From: the human T2T-CHM13v2.0 reference genome, Homo sapiens
Reading direction: 5' to 3' (one strand)
Length of the DNA stretch: 64,000 bases
Assembly (NCBI RefSeq): GCF_009914755.1
Contig: NC_060940.1
Numbering within the stretch: position 1 is the first letter of the stretch; each line of letters opens with the position of its first letter. The position numbers and the translations under genes are program-made. The notes under the pieces were generated by a model, which saw only the letters and a program-made list of their open reading frames with translations, was not told where the DNA came from and did not search any database. Positions 58,401 through 64,000 of the stretch are shown one piece after another.

Positions 58401-59242
58401 AATTTGACCCCCAGTGGTTTATTTAAGGAGGGACCTAAATTAGTCCAAGAGAACTCATTATTGGGATTTTGTGGGAACAATTGGGAAATATAGGGTTGTT
58501 AAGAAGTCCTCCCTCTTTCTGCTGCACTTGAACCTATGAAGACATCACCTGGTGACTGAGGAGACTATAGACTCATTTGGTTGCTTTATGTAGCAAACAT
58601 AGAGGTTAGGAACATAGATTTGATTTCAAAGTCTAGCTCAATTATGACACTGTGGGCACAATATACTACTGAATGAAATGGAGATAGTGAGGGTACATCT
58701 CTTACAGTATTATTTCAAGTATTTGATAAAGTAATATATGTACAGAAGTTCCACCAATGCTTGGCATGTCTTGAATTCTCACCAAATGGAGGTCATGATG
58801 AATAATTGACAATGTTGTTAATAGCAGGCCCATGTCTTCCACTTTCTTTTGTCTCTCGTAGGACTGAGTTCATGGTAAGTGCTTAATAAATATACCAGCA
58901 TGAACCAATGTATCAGAAATGACCAGTTTAAACCTGGCCAACTCAATTTCATGTCCCACTGCAATACTTGTTTTAATGTAAAGATTAGAGCTAGGTGAAA
59001 AATTGCATTCTCATAATCTGCTGTCACACAACATAAAATCACTCTGTCTTCCACATTGGTCTCTCCAGAGATTCCTGTATCAAAAGAAATTTCCCATGGT
59101 ACTGGCATGTATTTCTGATCTTTTAGATATCATGGAATTTCTTTTTCTACTACACTAACACCCTATTAATCTATTTTGCAGAGTGTGACATCTTACCTGG
59201 TCCCATTCCTATTTATCCTATCATGCTTTTGTTAACCTAGAG

Positions 59243-59455
59243 TAGTACTTCTCAACTAGAGGATACTTGGCAATGACTGAAAACACTTTTGATTGCCACA
59301 ACCAGTCAGGGAGGGTAGGAGTTGACACTACTGGGATCTAGTAGTAGGGGCCAAGGATGCAGCTAAACATCCTACAATGCACAAGATGCTTCACCTCCCC
59401 CAACAAGGAAGTATTTGGTCTAAAATGCCAATAGTGTTGAAGTTGTGAATCCTTC
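59243..59455 (+). mobile_element. MER20 hAT-Charlie element
   Basis: 'ttctcaac...ttggcaatgactgaaaacactttt...ggccaaggatgcagctaaacatcctacaatgcacaaga...aaatgccaatagtg'. Confidence 0.85.
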
Positions 59456-60053
59456 CATAGGGGCTAAAATCAAGATTATATTTTCAAGATATTCTTGAAG
59501 CTAAAGTTCTACTTGTAGTCAATTGAAAAGCAGAAGTGAGATCCATGAGACCACAGTTGTAAAGTCCTCCTACAAACTCATCACAGAGATGTTTAGTTCT
59601 GCCAAAACCATAATTCTATTTCTAGTATTTGGTCCTTAGTTTCTGAGTGTTCAGTGTTAGATAACACCATCAAGGTTTCTATTGAAAATATCCCGCCTTA
59701 TGTTATTCTTTTTTTACTCGGGTTCTTTGCTCCCAGCTGTGTGCCTTTAATCTTGTTTCTCTGGCCCTCCTAGAAATTCTTAATAACCTATAATAAATCC
59801 TTTACTTCTTAAATTAGTTAGAGTGTATTGCCTGCAATTAAGGACATTAAGTGATACAATAAATTATTATAGACAATCAATCTTCAAGAAATCGGGAATA
59901 AGAGATTGATTATAGGAACATGTTGAGTTTGAAGCCAATACAAATCCAGTTAGCATTAGAAGATGAAACTCTTGTAAGGTTTTGGAGGACTAAGTGTCAG
60001 CTGCTATGGACTACTACAAGGCACAAGGAATGAAAAGACATGAAGTGGGTTGG

Positions 60054-60550
60054 TGTGGTGGAATAAAGATGATCACAAGTTATTTGTCACTCACCCATCT
60101 ATTCCCTCATTCCCTTGAAACTGGTCTATCCCTGTTACTTGACCCAATGAATAGAAATATAACAAGATTAATTATTTGTAACTTCAAAGGTTAAGCCTTA
60201 AGAAATCTATAATACCTACCTTTACTTCTTGGAGCACTCCTTTTTGGGATCTAGCCACCATGCTATCAGGAATCTCAAGCAACCGTGTTGAGACGCTACA
60301 GGAAGTAGAACAGAGATATCCTTAGCTGACAATCTCACCTGAACCCTTAACCAACACCCACTATCAATTCCCAGGCATTTTTGTCATTTATCTTAAATAT
60401 TTCAGCCTCTGTTGACCCTCAGATGATTGTAGCACCAGTGGTCACCACTAAGCCCAGTCAATACACAAAATTGTGAGAGAAGAACTGGTTACTGTTTTAA
60501 ACCACTAAGTTTTGGAGCAGTTTGTTACACAGCACTATATAACCAAAATA
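60054..60550 (+). mobile_element. MaLR LTR (MLT1G/H-like) nested in ERVL internal sequence
   Basis: Starts 'tgtggtggaataaagatgatcacaa' and ends 'tgttttaaaccactaagttttggagcagtttgttacacagcactatataacc'. Confidence 0.8.
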
Positions 60551-60950
60551 GCTGACTACTTTTAATTGCACTGGCAATCTCAAAAAATAAAACGACAAGT
60601 TCAGTTTTAAGTTTGCTATTCAAGGCACAGTCAGAAAATCAGAAGGTTTCTATGACTAACCTAAAATAATGTGGGTACAAAAATAAGATGCTAATTCTAA
60701 TCCTGTGGGTTGCTCAAAATTTCACATAGATTGAATAAACAGCCTCACTGGATGACTTGTACAGGCTAGATAAATGTTTGAGAAAAAATAGGATGTTGAG
60801 AACAAGAATCATGACATTTGGGGAAGATCTGAATAATTCTGAGAACCTCCAACCTTCCAAATCTGACCATTTATTGTAAACAGAAGTAGCCCCTCTTTCC
60901 CTGTCTGATGAAGCTGGCCCTGCCTCCTAGAATAACCAATACAGATATAT

Positions 60951-61044
60951 TATAAGATATTTACTCCCACAAGAATATCAATTGTAATTTTGCATCATAT
61001 AAGATATTTACTCTCCCAAGAATATCAATTAGAATTTTGCTTCA
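60951..61044. repeat. 47-bp tandem duplication
   Basis: tataagatatttactcccacaagaatatcaattgtaattttgcatca / tataagatatttactctcccaagaatatcaattagaattttgcttca. Confidence 0.9.
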
Positions 61045-61681
61045 ATGTACTACCTCTCATAGGATCCAGACTAAAACTAGAGTGAGATCTCAACATGCCC
61101 TGAGGCATCAGTTGTAGAATAAAACCAGGGGAAAAAAAAGAGATGCACTAAAAGAACTGAAAGCTTATGCTAAATTAGGTCAGAAAAAAACCTGGAAAAT
61201 ATATGTGATAAGATCATACATCACAGAGGGAATAACATAATTCTGAATAAGGCTGAGTTTCATGCTATTAGTTTATTTACCAGAGATTCTAAAGTCAATG
61301 GGCTCACTCAAGCAGATGAGAGTGGTTCCAAATAGCTGATAGAAATCTTGACTCAGTGGTGGCCTATTATAAATAAAGTTGATAGTCATGTAATTCGTTA
61401 GTATAATGTAGAAGGAAGACTCCAAAGATAGAGATAAAGGCATGTTTGAGCAAATTTATTATACTTCGTTCACTCACCCACTTTTGAGAGGGTTCAAAAA
61501 CATTCTGTTTAGCAAATCATTGAGAAACGCACTGATGAAAGGAGTGGCAGGACTCTTAAGAAACACTTCAGTGACTGCACTCTGTAAGCTAAATGTGAGA
61601 ATTCAAGATGCTGCCATTAAAATGGACTTTCTGATTCAGAACAAGCAGAAGCAAAATGGGCATGACTACAATAATAGTCAC

Positions 61682-62073
61682 TGTCTTCATCTATTTTGTG
61701 TTACTGTAACAGAATACACGAGACTGGGTTACTTATAAACAATAGAAGTTTATTTGGCTGGTGATTCTGGAGGCTGGAAAGTCCAAGAGCATGGTGCTGG
61801 CATCTGGTCAGGGTTTTAATGTTGCATCATCCCACAGTGGAAGGCAGAGGGTAAGAGAGTGCAAGAGCAAGAGAGCAAGGGGGGGCCAATCTTACTTTTA
61901 CAAGTCCATTCTCATGATAACTAACCTACGCCCAATCATGACATTAATTCATTCATGAGGGCAGAGTCCTCATGTCCTAATCGCCACTTATCAAGTTTCA
62001 CCTCCCAACACTGTAGCTTTGGGGATTGAGTGTCCGACACATGAACTTTTGGGGACACATTTAAATCATGGCA
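61682..62073 (-). mobile_element. MST (MaLR) solo LTR nested in ERVL internal sequence
   Basis: 'tgtcttcatctattttgtgttactgtaacagaatac...ggaggctggaaagtccaagagcatgg...ggggacacatttaaatcatggca'; TSD-like gtcac/ggcac. Confidence 0.88.
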
Positions 62074-62959
62074 GGCACCATGACTGAGGAGATGATCAGA
62101 ATGGTTGGATCCATTGAACTCTAGCAATGACCAATTGATCATGGGGTTCTTAAGATAGTTCATTAAGATCCAACTTGATCTGTATCATTGAAAAATTGCA
62201 CATCTGGTATTAGAAGCTCAACTTGAATTAGCATGACAGAAGATAAAGGTTATGACCCAATTCTGTGGCCTAATTCTGTTTACAGACCCAGAATCCTTTG
62301 AATAAAAGAGAAACCCAGTACACTTGATGAAGAAGACTACAATTATATCCACAGTTATGTATTGCAAGTATTACCTCTATTGTTCCCCAAAGGAAACTTT
62401 GGCTTCAAACATTATACTATGCAGTGGAAAAAGGAAGATACACAGACCCTTGCAGTGCATTGGACTGAGTTATTGCGAATTATTGTGAATTCCTGAGGAC
62501 TAATTGTGGACCAAAGGTTGGACTGAAACTGATAAATAGAGTTTATGCCTGAGCCTTCTAACAGTGGGTTCATTGGATACATTAACCCAATTTAGTTATT
62601 CTCCCAGTTCCTGAGTTCATAGTAGGAATAATATTCTCAGAATGCCTGCGGAATGAGAGGTTTATCGGAGAAGGACCAAAGGGAAGTTCCTACAGCTCTC
62701 TTCCATGTAATAATAGGTAGCCAAAAATAGTTCCAATTCCTACTAGAGTGCCAAGATTAAGGCCATCAACAAAATCTTAGAAGATCTACCTTATCATTGT
62801 ACCATGTACTTTGCCTATTTAATCTGTGTGGAAGATAGATGGATCTGGAATAATTACAGTGGATTATTCTAAACTTAGTAAGTTTTTTACTTCAATTATA
62901 GCTACTGTTCCAGATGTAATCTGTATTAGTCAAAGTTCTCCAGAAAACAAAATATATAG

Positions 62960-63188
62960 GATATATTGTTAATATTGCATTATAGTAGTTAAGTTACTGG
63001 ATGTGAATAAGTGTAAACATAAATCAAAGACTTTATCTCCTCTTTTGGGGAAGGAGTTCATGTGTTTTCTGTTGCATGCAGGATAGTTGTATCGTGTTAT
63101 GTGGAATTATGACCTTATTATTGCCTATTTGGAGACTAAGTATGATTTAAGGGATGCATATGAGTGCCAAGTTAACAAGAAGTGGACT
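62960..63188 (+). mobile_element. ERVL internal 3' end with polypurine tract
   Basis: 'caggatagttgtatcgtgtta...ttggagactaagtatg...gccaagttaacaagaagtggact' directly precedes an MLT2 LTR. Confidence 0.75.
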
Positions 63189-63733
63189 TCTAAGAGTTAA
63201 CTTTATATTTCAACTTGACTGGATCATGGAATGCTCAGATATCTGGTTAAACATTATTTCTGGGTGTGTCTGAGGGGATATTTTCACATAACATTAGATT
63301 TGAATTGATAGACTGAGTAGCAGTTTGCCCTCCTAAATACAGGTGGGCATCATCCAATCTGTTGAAAGCCTAAGCAGAACAAAAAGGCAAATGAAGGGAT
63401 AATTTGCTCTGGCTCTTGACTCTGGCTCTGTCACCCTAGTGCTTGAGTTGGGGCTTGAATCTTCTCCTGCCCTTGGCACTCATGGTTCTCAGGTCTTCAG
63501 ACTCAAACTAGAATCTATACCATTGGCTTTCCATCTCTCAGGGCTTCTAGCTACAGCATCAGCCTTCCTGGGTCACCAGCTTGCAGAGAATAGATTGTGG
63601 GATTTATCAGCCTCCATAATCACTGAGGGTAAATGTGAACAAATATATGTGAATACACACACACATGCACACACACAAACACACACACACGCACTTCTAT
63701 TGGATCTGTTTCTCCAAAGAACCCTGACAAATA
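63189..63733 (+). mobile_element. MLT2 (MLT2D/B-like) LTR with internal (CA)n
   Basis: 'gttaactttatatttcaacttgactgg...ctggttaaacattatttctgggtgtgtctg' through 'ctattggatctgtttctccaaagaaccctgacaaatac'. Confidence 0.85.
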
Positions 63734-64000
63734 CTGATATTGGTACTGAGAAGTGGAGTGGTGCTACAGCAAATACCCAAAAATGTGGAGGCAGTTTTGG
63801 AACTTGGTATAGGGTAGAGGCTGGAAGAGTTTTGAGATGCATGCAAGAAAAAGCCAATATTGCTGTGAAAGGACTTTTAAAGGTAATTCTGGTGAGGGCT
63901 CAGAGAGAAAAGAGTAGAGATGTAGAGAAAGCTTCCATCTTCTTAGATAATACATAAATAATCATATACAGAATGTGGATAGAAATATGAACAGTTAAGG
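63734..64000 (+). mobile_element. MaLR internal sequence 5' start (MLT1/MST-int-like)
   Basis: 'ttggtactgagaagtggagtggtgct...aaaatgtggaggcagttttggaacttgg...agaggctggaagagttttgag...attctggtgagggctcaga'. Confidence 0.75.

Larger units (their letters stand above)
59700..62920 (+). mobile_element. Decayed ERVL-class provirus: LTR 3' end, gag and start of RT
   Basis: LTR end 'aataaatcc...gtgataca' (about 59858). Gag-like 'GNNIILNKAEF...TRDS' near 61230-61300. RT start 'tggaagatagatggatctggaataattacagtggattattctaaactt...gctactgttccagatgta' resembles ERVL KTDGSWRMTVDYRKLN...AAAVPDV. Confidence 0.7.

Noticed and set aside
63439-63957. 172-aa plus-strand ORF
   Set aside because: Spans an MLT2 LTR, a (CA)n tract (THTHAHT) and MaLR internal sequence; no coding signature.

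Overview
Primate (human-like) nuclear DNA that is AT-rich and CpG-depleted. I find no recognisable protein-coding gene, RNA gene or CpG island, so this is intergenic or deep-intronic sequence, and more than half of it is interspersed repeat. Main elements: a full-length Hsmar2 mariner with TA target duplications (2120-3427); a full-length, TSD-flanked, inactivated L1PA5-like LINE-1 (37321-43438); large old L1M elements, including a nested L1-in-L1 cluster (45.4-53.9 kb); about ten Alus, one of them a very young AluYk11/12-like copy; solo LTRs (MER39, MER74, MLT1, MLT2A, MST); a decayed ERVL provirus region at 59.7-64 kb; hAT MITEs, MIRs and L2 fragments; and a ~0.9 kb 32-bp VNTR next to an Alu tail. 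All long ORFs in the supplied track come from repeats. The most unusual signal is four separate short (50-160 bp) direct-orientation copies, each placed 1.5-3 kb downstream of its donor, three of them interrupting a recognisable repeat, together with several small tandem duplications. Other points of interest are an MLT2 LTR joined to ERVL internal sequence upstream and MaLR internal sequence downstream, and an L1 ORF0 frame with a new in-frame ATG. Subfamily names come from recalled consensus sequences and need RepeatMasker/Dfam confirmation. I see no evidence for a new gene-encoded system.
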